This document shows positions 8,558 through 20,800 of a stretch of 64,000 bases of DNA, one piece after another (positions within the stretch are counted from its first letter, which is position 1; each line of letters starts with the position of its first letter). The stretch is from Candidatus Latescibacterota bacterium (GTDB taxonomy: Bacteria; Latescibacterota; UBA2968). A program made the position numbers and the translations under genes. The stretch is from positions 1,216,001 to 1,280,000 of the forward strand of contig OZ242320.1 of the NCBI GenBank assembly GCA_965208125.1, written 5' to 3'. Below the pieces are notes generated by a model. It searched no databases and was not told where the DNA came from. It worked only from the letters and a program-made list of their open reading frames with translations.

Positions 8558-10243
8558 ATGACAAAAAAAATAGCTAATTGCCGATGGTTCGTGCTGCTTT
8601 TTCTCGCGCTCTTTGCCTGTGGCGAAGAAGAAGCACAACAGGCAGAGGGCGGACGTGCTGGACGCGGCGGACGTGCTGGACGCGGTGGTGGTGCTGCGGC
8701 ACCCGTCAAGGTCGAGACTGTACAACGAGGGGATATTTCTGCATATATTCTCAAAAACACGACACTCGAAGCCGAAAGATGGGTTGACGTTCGAGCGCGC
8801 AGAGCCGGGCAGGTCATCGCATTACTAAAAGAAGAAGGCGACCCCGTACGCGCGGGTACCATCATGGCGCGGCTCGACGCCGACGCTGCCCAAATTAGTG
8901 TTGCACAGCGAGAAGTTGCGCATCTTGAAGCCAAACAGCGATATGAACGCGAAGATGCCTTATTTCAACGCAATCTGGGTAGCAAGCAGTCTTATGAAAA
9001 TGCCAAGACCCAATTCGAATCGTCCAAAGCGCAACTCGAACAGGCCAAACTCGATTTGAGTTACACGGCGATTAGATCACCCATTGAAGGCATTATGACG
9101 CTGAGAAATATCGAGGTCGGCAACATGGTCACCAACAATCAGGTGGTCGCCTCTGTAGCCAAATTCGATCCCCTGCTTGCGCGCATTCAGGTAACCGAAA
9201 AGGACTTTGGTAAAATCACCATAGGACAGATAGCACGCGTTACGGTTGAAGCTGCACCTGAAAAAGAATTTACGGGCACAGTCAAAATGATCAGCCCCGT
9301 GGTGGATCCCGAAAGCGGCACGGTCAAAGTAACCGTCGAGATCCCCCGAACAGATAAAACTCTGTTGCGGCCCGGGATGTTTGCCTCGGTTTATATTATC
9401 ACGGAAACGCGAAGAAACACCCTGGTTATTCCGAAAAAGGCCCTCGTACTCGAAGGAGAAGGCAACCAGGTATTCACCTTTGAAACCGACCCCGAAAGCG
9501 GGCGCGGGCAGGCACAACGCAGACGCATTGAAATTGGCTTTACAGACAGTGACCGTTTAGAGATTCTCTCGGGCCTTTCCTCGGGAGAGCAAGTCATTAC
9601 CGTAGGGCAGGAAGGATTGCGGCCCGGTTCTCCCGTGCGCCTCGTAGGCGAGGCAGCACCTCCCGCATTTGCCGGACGCGGTGGACAGGGACGCGCTGGA
9701 CGCGGACAGATGGGACAAGGTGGACAGGGCAGGCAGGGACGTGGACAAATGGGTGAAGGTGGACAGGGTAGGCAGGGACGCGGACAAATGGGACAGGGAG
9801 AAGGACGCGCTGGACGTGGACAGATGGGGCAAGGCGGACAGGGCAGGCAGGGACGTGGACAGATGGGACAAGGAGAAGGACGCGCTGGACGCGGGCAAAT
9901 GGGACAGGGCGGACAAGGTGGACAGGGCAGAGGATTTGCAGGTGGTGATGGACAAGGCAGGCAGGGACGCGGACAGATGGGGCAAGGAGAAGGACGCGCT
10001 GGACGCGGGCAAATGGGACAGGGCGGACAACGAGGTGGCGGTTTTGCCGGTGGGCAAGGCGGCGGTGATCCCACAGATCGCATAAAACGCATGATCGAGC
10101 GCTTCCCCGAAGTCAAAGCCGAATACGAAAAGCGCGTAAAAGACGACTCCGAACTCGCAACAAATATGGAAAAACTCCGCGCTTTTATAGCTGAGATGCA
10201 AGAAAAAGGATTGATGCCATCACGAGGCAGACGAGGTAATTAA
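8558..10243 (+). CDS. RND efflux periplasmic adaptor (MFP) lipoprotein with Gly/Arg/Gln-rich C-terminal extension
   Basis: Lipobox LFAC; IRSPIEG, ISPVVDPESGTVKV, LRPGMF and GL..GE.VIT.G motifs. Confidence 0.92.
   Translation: MTKKIANCRWFVLLFLALFACGEEEAQQAEGGRAGRGGRAGRGGGAAAPVKVETVQRGDISAYILKNTTLEAERWVDVRARRAGQVIALLKEEGDPVRAGTIMARLDADAAQISVAQREVAHLEAKQRYEREDALFQRNLGSKQSYENAKTQFESSKAQLEQAKLDLSYTAIRSPIEGIMTLRNIEVGNMVTNNQVVASVAKFDPLLARIQVTEKDFGKITIGQIARVTVEAAPEKEFTGTVKMISPVVDPESGTVKVTVEIPRTDKTLLRPGMFASVYIITETRRNTLVIPKKALVLEGEGNQVFTFETDPESGRGQAQRRRIEIGFTDSDRLEILSGLSSGEQVITVGQEGLRPGSPVRLVGEAAPPAFAGRGGQGRAGRGQMGQGGQGRQGRGQMGEGGQGRQGRGQMGQGEGRAGRGQMGQGGQGRQGRGQMGQGEGRAGRGQMGQGGQGGQGRGFAGGDGQGRQGRGQMGQGEGRAGRGQMGQGGQRGGGFAGGQGGGDPTDRIKRMIERFPEVKAEYEKRVKDDSELATNMEKLRAFIAEMQEKGLMPSRGRRGN
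9670..10065 (+). repeat. Low-complexity tandem repeats encoding GRGQMGQG(GQGRQ/EGRA)
   Basis: About 8 GRGQMG units at 36-39 bp spacing. Confidence 0.9.
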
Positions 10244-10248
10244 AATCT

Positions 10249-13200
10249 ATGAAACTCATTGAATTTTCGACCCGGCGACGAGTAACAGTAACGATGTTTG
10301 TGGCTGCGGCAGTGCTATTCGGCATGGTGGCTTTTCAACGCCTATCGATTAACCTGCTCCCCGACATCACCTATCCCACCCTGACGGTACGCACAGAATA
10401 CGAAGGCACAGCACCCTCAGAGATGGAACGCTTAATCACCGAACCGATTGAGGGATCTGTGGGTGTGGTAAACGGAGTTATCCGGGTAACCTCGGCCTCG
10501 CGTCCTGGCATATCGGATGTGGTTGTGGAATTCGCCTGGGGCACGGACATGGATTTTGCTTCACTCGATATTCGGGAAAAGCTCGATCAAGTGCGCCTGC
10601 CACAGGACGTGAGAAAACCCGTATTGCTGAGATTTGATCCTTCGCTCGACCCAATCATGCGCATCGGTCTCTACGGCGAAGAAAGTTTGATTTCGTTGCG
10701 TCTCCTGGCCGAAGAAGAAATCAAGCCTGAGTTGGAAAGCCTCGAGGGAGTCGCATCTGTGCGCGTCAATGGCGGTCTGGAAGAAGAAATACAAGTTGAG
10801 ATCGACCAACCCAAACTGGCTGTATTGCGCATTCCACTCGCTCAGGTCGTCAACCGCTTAGCCCAGGAAAATGTGAACTTAACGGGCGGAGAACTCAAAG
10901 ATGGCGAAGCGGAATACCTGGTTCGCACATTCAACGAATTTAAAACAATAGAAGAAATTCAGGATATTGTGGTGGGCCAGCGTCAGGGCACAGTTATCAC
11001 ATTAGCCGATGTAGGACTGGTGACCCGAGGACATCGCGAACGCACGGTAATCACGCGTATTGACGGGCAAGAAAGCGTCGAACTGGCCATATATAAAGAG
11101 GGCGACGCCAACACGGTAACAGTTGCACAAGCCGTTAAAGAAGCCATCGCGCAATTCCGCCGCACATCCGGCGATTTGCTCGGTAATTCGCGTATGGAGG
11201 TCGTCTCCGATCAATCGACATTCATTCGAGACTCGGTCTCCGAGGTCCTCAACACCGCTATTTTGGGCGGTTTTTTGGCCATCATCGTTCTCTACCTATT
11301 TTTGCAAAGCCCCAAAAGCACGGGCATCATCAGCGTATCTATTCCCATTTCAGTTGTTGCCACATTTTTCCTCATGTACGCATCGGATGTGAGTCTCAAC
11401 ATCATGTCATTGGGTGGACTCGCCCTTGGAATAGGCATGCTGGTTGACAACTCCATCGTCGTACTCGAAAGCGTACAGCGTTACCAGGAAAGCGGCATGA
11501 GTCCGCGTGAAGCCACCAACAAAGGGGGGTCTGAAGTGGGGCAGGCTGTGGTGGCATCTACAATGACGACAATATGTGTATTTGTCCCCATTGTCTTTGT
11601 AGAAGGCATTGCCGGACAGCTCTTCCGGGATCAGGCACTCACCGTGACCTATTCGCTCGTCGCTTCCCTCCTCGTCGCACTCACAGTTATTCCCATGCTG
11701 GCATCGTTGGAATTTTCATGGATCGGCGAATTTGCCGCCGTAGAGCAGCGAAAAAAGGAAAGCGGACACAAGGGTGGTGTAGAAGCACCAGCCCGTGCTA
11801 TGGGATTGTTGGGCACAGTTATAGGATGGATTGGACGTGGTATTCTGGCCTGTCTGGCACCCTTATTCTGGCTTTTCGACAGAGTGATTGGGCGAGCTTA
11901 TCTCATCTATCCGCACATTATCAGGTGGGCACTCAGGCATCGCCTGTATGTAATTGGGCTGGCAATAGCCCTCCTGGGCGGCACTATAACACTTGGCAAT
12001 AGACTGGGCAGTGAACTGATCCCCGAAATGAGTCAGGGAGCGTTCTCTATTGCAGTCGAGATGCCGCTGGGCACACCCCTTGCCGCCACCACACAAACCA
12101 TTCAAGCCATTGAGAGGATTGTGCGCAGTCAACCCGAAGTGCGCCTGGTGTACAGCATTGTCGGCACGCAATCCGCATCTGGAGGTAGCGGTGGAGAAGA
12201 AAGGGAAAATGTAGGCGAAGTCAATGTCGTACTCCACGAGGGCATTATTCGGGATCGCGAAATTGCCGTGATGGATCGCCTGCGCCAGATGATCCTGGAA
12301 ATTCCCGCCGTGGATACAAAATTTGCCCGCCCATCGCTATTTTCTTCCCGCACGCCAATCGAAGTAGAAGTCGCCGGTTATAATTTGCAGTCGCTACAGA
12401 TGATCGCCGGGGAAATGATGGCGCGCATGCAAACCATTCCGGGACTGACAGATATTAAAACCACGAGCGAGGGCGGTACACCCGAAGTGCAAATTCGGTT
12501 TGACCGCAAGCGCGTGGCGCAAATGGGCACGACGATTAATGCCATTGGCGAGATTATCCGCAATCAGGTTCAAGGGGAGGTCGCCACACAATTTACCCGA
12601 GGAGATCGGCGGGTCGATATTCGCGTTCGCGCCGAGGAGGAACATCGAAGTACAGTAGATGATCTGAGGCGATTGATCATCAGCCCCAACAATGCCCCAT
12701 CGCCAGTTCCTTTGAGTGTGGTCGCCGATTTACAGGTGGAAATGGGACCTGCTGAAATTCGCAGAATTGACCAGGAGCGCGTGGCATTGATTTCAGCCAA
12801 CCTGGTGGGACGAAGTCTGAGTGCTGTCGTCGCAGACCTCGAACGCGAAATCGATCGGATGGAATTGCCCGCCGATTTTGCAATCAAAGTGGGTGGACAA
12901 AATGAAGAGCAACAGCGGTCGTTTGAAAGTATGCAATTGGCGATTGGATTGGCGATCTTTCTCGTTTATCTGGTCATGGCATCGCAGTTTGAATCGCTCG
13001 TTCATCCCTTCGTGATCATGTTTGCCATCCCTTTTGCGCTGGTAGGTGTTTTTGCCCTGCTCCTCATTACCGGGCAGACCATCAGTGTGGTCGTGCTCAT
13101 CGGTTTGATTATGCTCGCCGGCATTGTCGTCAACAATGCCATCGTGCTCATCGATTATATCAACACGCTTCGCCGAGATGAGGGCATGCCCAAAATGGAA

Positions 13201-13524
13201 GCGATTGCACAAGGGGGCAGAGTGCGTCTGCGTCCCATTTTGATGACCACCTCGACAACCGTGCTCGGTTTGTTGCCCATGGCACTGGGCATTTTCAATT
13301 TCCAGCCCCTTGTCAAAAGCATCGAAGGTGCGCTGGACGGCATATTGTCCGGGCAGGTATTCATCGCAGTCATGACTGTGGTGGGTATGATATTCCCTGT
13401 GGGACAGGGCGCTGAGATACGCGCGCCTATGGCCATTACCGTTATTGGTGGCCTGGTCGTATCAACACTGGTAACCCTGGTACTGATCCCAACGCTATAT
13501 TCGCTAACCGACCGCAAGGAATAA
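10249..13524 (+). CDS. AcrB/AcrD/AcrF-family RND permease
   Basis: GMLVDNSIVVLE, GIVVNNAIVLID and RLRPILMT motifs; 12-TM pattern. Confidence 0.96.
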   Translation: MKLIEFSTRRRVTVTMFVAAAVLFGMVAFQRLSINLLPDITYPTLTVRTEYEGTAPSEMERLITEPIEGSVGVVNGVIRVTSASRPGISDVVVEFAWGTDMDFASLDIREKLDQVRLPQDVRKPVLLRFDPSLDPIMRIGLYGEESLISLRLLAEEEIKPELESLEGVASVRVNGGLEEEIQVEIDQPKLAVLRIPLAQVVNRLAQENVNLTGGELKDGEAEYLVRTFNEFKTIEEIQDIVVGQRQGTVITLADVGLVTRGHRERTVITRIDGQESVELAIYKEGDANTVTVAQAVKEAIAQFRRTSGDLLGNSRMEVVSDQSTFIRDSVSEVLNTAILGGFLAIIVLYLFLQSPKSTGIISVSIPISVVATFFLMYASDVSLNIMSLGGLALGIGMLVDNSIVVLESVQRYQESGMSPREATNKGGSEVGQAVVASTMTTICVFVPIVFVEGIAGQLFRDQALTVTYSLVASLLVALTVIPMLASLEFSWIGEFAAVEQRKKESGHKGGVEAPARAMGLLGTVIGWIGRGILACLAPLFWLFDRVIGRAYLIYPHIIRWALRHRLYVIGLAIALLGGTITLGNRLGSELIPEMSQGAFSIAVEMPLGTPLAATTQTIQAIERIVRSQPEVRLVYSIVGTQSASGGSGGEERENVGEVNVVLHEGIIRDREIAVMDRLRQMILEIPAVDTKFARPSLFSSRTPIEVEVAGYNLQSLQMIAGEMMARMQTIPGLTDIKTTSEGGTPEVQIRFDRKRVAQMGTTINAIGEIIRNQVQGEVATQFTRGDRRVDIRVRAEEEHRSTVDDLRRLIISPNNAPSPVPLSVVADLQVEMGPAEIRRIDQERVALISANLVGRSLSAVVADLEREIDRMELPADFAIKVGGQNEEQQRSFESMQLAIGLAIFLVYLVMASQFESLVHPFVIMFAIPFALVGVFALLLITGQTISVVVLIGLIMLAGIVVNNAIVLIDYINTLRRDEGMPKMEAIAQGGRVRLRPILMTTSTTVLGLLPMALGIFNFQPLVKSIEGALDGILSGQVFIAVMTVVGMIFPVGQGAEIRAPMAITVIGGLVVSTLVTLVLIPTLYSLTDRKE

Positions 13525-13525
13525 C

Positions 13526-14347
13526 ATGGAGCAGAGCCGAAATGAAGCGTTTGTCGAATCGCTTCAGAACTATTCGCTTTCGGAACTCGAAGATATTTAT
13601 TCACATCTGGATCGCGACCTGTTTCCAGAGCGATTCGATCAAGTCAGAGACGAAATTGAAGCGCGCTTAAAGGACTTTGATTCAAACGCTACGGGCATAA
13701 GTACACTAATTGAGCCACCCGGGTTTTTGAGACGCATTGCGTCGAGTGCGATTGATTTCTCCATGCAAGTGCTCGTTCCCTTTTTAATTTTTTTTCTACT
13801 CAAAAGCGTTCTTTTTCCAACCACCCCAACCGCAGGTGCTGGCGGCGGTGGACGCGGTGGCGGTGGACGCGGTGGACGTGGCGGGCGAGGTGGCGGTGGC
13901 GGAAATCAATCCGATGATCTCTGGTCAGACATCACGGGTTTTGTGGGAAGTGCGAAGGACATCGCTGTCGGATTGATTGAAGGGGATCCCGCAGTGCAGA
14001 GCAGGGCGATGCTTATCTGGAACGATTTTGGCATCATCCTGGTCATTTTACTCATTTTCCGGGTCTTCCTGACGCTATCGGGGTGGGCGCGTTCTGGGTT
14101 TACCCCTGGAATGCGCGAATTGGGCATTCGAGTTGAGCGCGTTGGAGGCGGTGTTCCAACCTGGTCACAAGCGGTGGGCAGATTTGTTCTACAGCCTCTG
14201 CTTTTTATCGCGACACTGGGTCTCAGTGGATTCTGGGCGCTATGGGATCGCGACAGTCGGGCACTTCACGATAAAATTCTCGGCACAAGGCTCGTTCGCA
14301 TGGTGCGTACCTGGGAAAAAACCGAAACCGAGAGAAGATTTGAATAG
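13526..14347 (+). CDS. RDD-family membrane protein with Gly/Arg-rich loop
   Basis: GFLRRIASSAID, G.TPGM...GIRV and RALHDKILGT RDD motifs. Confidence 0.85.
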   Translation: MEQSRNEAFVESLQNYSLSELEDIYSHLDRDLFPERFDQVRDEIEARLKDFDSNATGISTLIEPPGFLRRIASSAIDFSMQVLVPFLIFFLLKSVLFPTTPTAGAGGGGRGGGGRGGRGGRGGGGGNQSDDLWSDITGFVGSAKDIAVGLIEGDPAVQSRAMLIWNDFGIILVILLIFRVFLTLSGWARSGFTPGMRELGIRVERVGGGVPTWSQAVGRFVLQPLLFIATLGLSGFWALWDRDSRALHDKILGTRLVRMVRTWEKTETERRFE

Positions 14348-14426
14348 AATATACCAATTATCCGAAACTTTTGGTCATGTGCTCTCGTCTAAACCCTCGA
14401 AAATATTTAAAAGAGGAGTAAGTATT

Positions 14427-14864
14427 ATGTACAGGCGGATGTATAAAGTGTGTTGTGTCGTGCTGGCAACCGCATTTTTTCTGGGGTGTTTGGCCCCTGT
14501 TGCCGAAGCGCGGTCTTTTTTTACTGCACGGCGCACATTTGGTATCTTGTTTCTCGGTGGCAGTGCTTATATGGCCAAGCGCGCCATTGATTACAAGCGC
14601 GATGCAAACGACAATTACGAAGCTTACAAGGCGGCGACAGATACACGGGAAGCCGAACGGCTTTTTAACCGCACAAGTGATCGAGATACCAAGAGCCAGA
14701 TGAGTATTGGATTTTCCGCAATTTTGTTGATCAGTGGTTTGCGTTTGCTCATGCACAGCGGCGTGGATGATAAAATGCCCAAAATTGATCGACGAATCAA
14801 AATTAATCTCAACAGTGATATTCGCAAAAAGTCTGTTGGGATTGTATTAAAGAAAAAATTTTAA
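14427..14864 (+). CDS. Hypothetical secreted or membrane protein
   Basis: GAGGAG RBS before ATG 14427; signal peptide, hydrophobic segments flanking a YEAYKAAT helix. Confidence 0.75.
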   Translation: MYRRMYKVCCVVLATAFFLGCLAPVAEARSFFTARRTFGILFLGGSAYMAKRAIDYKRDANDNYEAYKAATDTREAERLFNRTSDRDTKSQMSIGFSAILLISGLRLLMHSGVDDKMPKIDRRIKINLNSDIRKKSVGIVLKKKF

Positions 14865-14894
14865 TCATCAATAATGGGCCATGAGGAGATTGTT

Positions 14895-17800
14895 ATGAAT
14901 CACTGGTGGACGCGCCGACTACAAGTCGGCCTTTTGGGGATTGCGATAATTTTAATAGCCATGTGGGGATGTGGACGCGAGCGCGTAAATCCAATTGACT
15001 CACAATATGAGGGTGAGGGAACCGTAGCTTTGAATTCGCCGGGCAATATTCGCGCCCAGGGTGATATTGGACGGATCATTTTGAACTGGAATCCGGTAAA
15101 CAGCACCAGCCTTGCGGGATACGGTATATGGCGATCAACATCGGCTACGGGAAGCTACGAGCTATTGCGCGGCGAATCATCTGTCCCCGACGTGACGACA
15201 GCACGGACGACTTATGTGGATTCAACAGTAGATGTTAGTGTATCAAAAATATACTTTTACAAACTCAGTAGCGTAGATGTAGAAGGGCAAGCGAGCGAAT
15301 TATCTACATTTGTGAGCGCGGAAGTCCTCGATGACACGCGCGCGCCGGCTATGCCGACAAATTTCGTCGCTATCACCGATGCCGATGGCAAACAGGTGAC
15401 ACTGGGCTGGTCAGCGCCAGAAACGGATGTGGGTAATCAGGAATTGACCGGCCTGTCCGGGTACAGAATTTTCAGGATCAAAGATTCGCAGGGCAAACTC
15501 CAGATACAAGGTGCGGAAACAGCACTGATTGCACTCGCAACAGAACTGGGCATTGACCTCGATAATCTGGGAGAAATATCCGAAGATTTGAAGGATATTT
15601 TCGTCGAACTTGGGACAGTGCCAGCCGGCCAGACTTATTTTCTCGATACCGATGGCCTCGAAGCTGGCGTACTTCACGTTTATGTGGTCATCGCTGTTGA
15701 TCCAGATGGCAACATTGGTCCTCCAGCACTTGCATTAGTGACCATAAGCGCACCGGGTGCAAACGTACCAGTGCCTGCTGGCTTGCGCGCAACACAAAAT
15801 GAACAGGCGCGCATTGTCATCTCCTGGAATCCCGTGAACGACCCCAATTTGCTGGGCTATCTGGTCTTGCGGTCACAATCGACGCAAGGTCCTTTCACAC
15901 CCGTCACAAGCGATACGCTCTTTACCACGGGGCAGACGACCTATGTCGATTCGCTTGTCGCCACCGATCAAGTGTATTTCTACAAAGTTCAAACCGTTGT
16001 GCAAGATCCCAATCTTGGACTATTGCACAGTGATCCTTCCACTTTTATCGACGGACAGGCACTCGCCGACCAGAGTGCGCCTGGTGCGCCATCGGATCTC
16101 ATTGTCAGTTTAGACGATGCGAATTTCCAGCGCGTGATGCTCAGCTGGACTGCACCTGTAACAGACAGAAATGGGAATGAGTTGACCGGATTGGCCTCCT
16201 TTGAGATCTACCGGTCACGCGACAACAACACATCCTTTGCGCTGATCGCTACAGTATCGAGCGATCAGGCGAGTTTTGTGGATACTTCTGTCGAATTGCT
16301 CACGACGTATTTCTACGCGATCAGAGCAGTGGATCAGGCAGGCAATGCTGGACCCCGGTCTCAGCCGATATCTGTGACCACGAAGGGCTTTGCCATTCCA
16401 CGCAACGTGCAAGCCGCTGGTGGTGAGCAGAAAATCACCTTGACCTGGGCGGCAAACACCGAGCCGGAATTGACTGGATATGAGATACTCCGCTATACAG
16501 ATCCCACACATGAAACACCTGACAAAACCTTCTCTTCTGTATTGACGACATATGTGGATACCCCCGTCACAGCAGATCAGCCCTTTGTCTATCGCGTGCG
16601 TGCGGTTGGCACCGCCAATGTGAAGAGCGAACTGTCGGCTCCCGTCTCTGCACAGGCCACTGAATCTGCGCCAGTTTTGGCAGCCCCGCGCAATGTGCAG
16701 GCAAGGGGTGGAATAGGACACATTACCATCACCTGGTCAGCCAATACAGAAGCAGAACTGACCGGGTATCGCGTAATGCGCTATACGGACCCGGCACAGA
16801 CAGTGGCCGAAGCGACCTTTACCACTGTGCAGACGACTTATGTCGATTCGCCGCTGGTAGCAGAACAGACCTATGTGTATCGCGTGCAGGCGGTTGGTAC
16901 CAACAACGAAGAAAGCGAAACTTCGCTGTATGCTTCTGCAACCGTCTCAGCCGATCAGAGCGCTCCTGGTGCTCCCTCAGATCTCATCCTCAGCTTAGAC
17001 GATGCGAATTTCCAACGCGTGATGCTCAGCTGGACGGCTCCCACAAGAGACAGCAATAACAATGAGTTGACTGGTCTGGCCTCCTTTGAGATCTATCGCT
17101 CACGCGGGAACAACACATCCTTTGCACTGATCGCTACAGTATCGAGCGACCAGGCGAGTTATGAGGACACATCTGTCGAATTGCTCACGACGTATTTCTA
17201 CGCAGTCAGAGCAGTGGATCAGTCAGGCAACGCTGGACCTCGTTCACAGTCGGTTTCCGTGACCACGAAGGGCTTTGCCGTTCCACGCAACGTGCAAGCC
17301 GCTGGTGGTGAGCAGAAAATCACCCTGACCTGGGCAGCAAACACCGAGCCAGAACTGACTGGATACGAGATATTGCGCTATACAGATCCCACGCAAGAAA
17401 CACCTGACCAGACCTTCTCTTCTGTATTGACGACGTATGTGGATACCCCCGTCACAGCAGATCAGCCCTTTGTCTATCGCGTGCGTGCGGTTGGTCCTTC
17501 CAACGTGAAGAGTGAACTATCGGCCTTTGTCTCTGCCCAGGCCACTGAATCTGCGCCAGTTTTGGCAGCACCGCGCAATGTGCAGGCAAGAGGTGGAATA
17601 GGACACATTACCATCACCTGGTCAGCCAATACAGAAGCAGAACTGACCGGATATCGCGTGTTGCGCTATACAGACCCTGCTCAAACCGAAGCTGAAGCGA
17701 CCTTCACAACCGTACAGACGACTTATGTTGACTCTCCGCTGGTAGCAGAACAGACCTATGTGTATCGCGTACAGGCGGTTGGTACCAACAACGAAGAAAG

Positions 17801-20800
17801 CGAACTCTCGCTGTATGCTTCTGCGACAGTCTCTGCTGATCAGAGTGCGCCTGGTGCGCCTTCGGATCTCATCCTCAGCTTAGACGATGCGAATTTCCAG
17901 CGTGTGATGCTTAGCTGGACGGCTCCCACGAGAGACAGCAATAACAATGAATTGACTGGACTGGCCTCCTTTGAGATCTACCGGTCACGCGGGAACAACA
18001 CATCCTTTGCGTTGATCGCTACAGTATCGAGTGATCAGGCGAGTTATGAGGACACATCTGTCGAATTGCTCACGACGTATTTCTACGCAGTCAGAGCAGT
18101 GGATCAGGCAGGCAACGCTGGACCTCGTTCACAGTCGGTTTCCGTGACCACGAAGGGCTTTGCCATTCCACGCAACGTGCAAGCCGCTGGTGGTGAGCAG
18201 AAAATCACCTTGACCTGGGCTGCAAACACCGAGCCGGAATTGGTGGGCTATGAGATACTCCGCTATACAGATCCCACGCACGAAACACCCGACAAGATCT
18301 TCTCTTCTGTGTTGACGACATATGTGGATACCCCCGTTACAGCAGATCAGCCCTTTGTCTATCGCGTGCGTGCGGTTGGCACCGCCAATGTGAAGAGCGA
18401 ACTGTCGGCTCCCGTCTCTGCACAGGCCACTGAATCTGCGCCTGTATTGGTAGCCCCGCGCAATGTGCAGGCAAGGGGTGGAATCAATCAGATTACCATC
18501 ACCTGGACTGCCAACACAGAAGCAGAACTGACCGGGTATCGCGTAATGCGCTATACAGACCCGGCACAGACAGTGGCTAAAGCGACCTTTACCACTGTGC
18601 AGACGACCTATGTCGATTCGCCACTGGTATCAGGACAGACCTATGTCTATCGCGTACAGGCGGTTGGCACCAATAACGAAAAGAGTGAACTGTCGCTGTA
18701 TGCTTCTGCGACAGTTGCAACCGATCAGAGTGCGCCTGGTGCTCCCTCAGATCTCATTGTCAGCTTAGACGATGCGAATTTCCAGCGCGTGATGCTCAGC
18801 TGGACGGCTCCCACAAGAGACAGCAATAACAATGAGTTGACTGGTCTGGCCTCCTTTGAAATTTATCGCTCACGCGGGAACAACACATCCTTTGCACTGC
18901 TCACTACAGTATCGAGCGATCAAGCGAGTTATGAGGACACATCTGTCGAATTGCTCACGACGTATTTCTACGCAGTCAGAGCAGTGGATCAGTCAGGCAA
19001 TGCCGGACCTCGTTCACAGTCGGTTTCCGTGACCACGAAGGGCTTTGCCGTTCCACGCAACGTGCAAGCCGCTGGTGGTGAGCAGAAAATCACCCTGACC
19101 TGGGCAGCAAACACCGAGCCAGAACTGACTGGATACGAGATCTTGCGCTATACAGATCTCACCCAAGCTACACCTGACCGGACCTTCTCTTCTATATTGA
19201 CGACGTATGTGGATACACCTGTCACAGCAGATCAGCCCTTTGTCTATCGCGTGCGTGCGGTTGGTCCTTCCAATGTCAAGAGTGAACTCTCGGCTCCCGT
19301 CTCTGCCCAGGCCCTGGAATCTGCGCCAGTTTTGGCAGCCCCGCGCAATGTGCAGGCAAGGGGTGGAATAGGACACATTACCATCACCTGGTCAGCCAAT
19401 ACAGAAGCAGAACTGACCGGGTATCGCGTAATGCGCTATACGGACCCTGCTCAAACCGAGGCCGATGCGACCTTTACCACTGTGCAGACGACTTATGTCG
19501 ATTCGCCGCTGGTAGCAGAACAGACCTATGTGTATCGCGTACAGGCTGTTGGCACCAATAACGAAGAAAGCGAAACTTCGCTGTATGCCTCTGCGACAGT
19601 TGCAACCGATCAGAGCGCGCCTGGCGCCCCCTCAGATCTCATCCTCAGCTTAGACGAGGCGAATTTCCAACGCGTGATGCTCAGTTGGACTGCACCTGTA
19701 ACAGACAGAAATGGCAATGAGTTGACAGGTCTGGCCTCCTTTGAAATCTACCGGTCACGCGACAACAACGCCTCCTTTGCACTGATCGCCACAGTATCGA
19801 GTGATCGGGTGAGTTACGTAGATTCTTCTGTCGAATTGCTCACCACGTATTTCTATACCGTCAGAGCAGTGGATCAGGCAGGCAACGCTGGACCCCGGTC
19901 ACAGCCAGTATCTGTGACCACGAAGGGCTTTGCCATCCCGCGCAATGTGCAAGCCGCTGGTGGTGAGCAGAAAATCACCTTGACCTGGGCTGCAAACACC
20001 GAGCCAGAACTGACCGGATATGAGATATTGCGCTATACAGATCTCACACAAGCAACACCTGACCGGACCTTCTCTTCCATATTGACGACGTATGTGGATA
20101 CGCCTGTCACAGCAGATCAGCCCTTTGTCTATCGCGTGCGTGCGGTTGGTCCTTCCAACGTGAAGAGTGAACTCTCGGCTCCCGTCTCTGCCCAGGCCAC
20201 TGCGCCTGCGCCTGTATTGGCAGCCCCGCGCAATGTGCAGGCAATTGATGGAATTGAGTACATTGCCATCACCTGGTTAGCCAATACAGAAGCAGAACTG
20301 ATCGGATATCGCGTGTTGCGCTATACAGACCCGGCGCAAACCGAAGCCGAAGCGACCTTTACCACTGTGCAGACGACTTATATCGATGCGGAGGTGGTAG
20401 TGGGGCGGACCTACGTGTATCGCGTGCAGGCGATTGGTTCTAATAACGAAGAAAGTGAACTCTCGCTATTTGCCTCTGCAGAGGTACTGCCTGATAACAG
20501 CCCACCTGCTACCCCCAGCAATTTTGAAGCTGCTCTGGCAAGTAGCGGCACATCAATTGAGTTGAGTTGGGATGCACCCACAAGGGATAGGGATATCAAC
20601 ATTCTGACTGGACTCGCTGGCTTTGTGATCTATCGTTTGGAAGTATCCAGTACGGACGCATCGAATGTTGCATTAACTAGGATAGCAACCATAGATGATC
20701 CGACGCAGGAAATGTATCGGGATACCAATCTGCGAAGCCAAACGGAGTACAGGTATCGGATCTCTGCCATTGACCACCGTGGCAATGAGAGCCCTCCCTC

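Noticed and set aside
9391-10201. Cys/Pro-rich and Ser/Leu-rich minus-strand ORFs
   Set aside because: Alternative-frame readings of the GRGQMGQG repeat.
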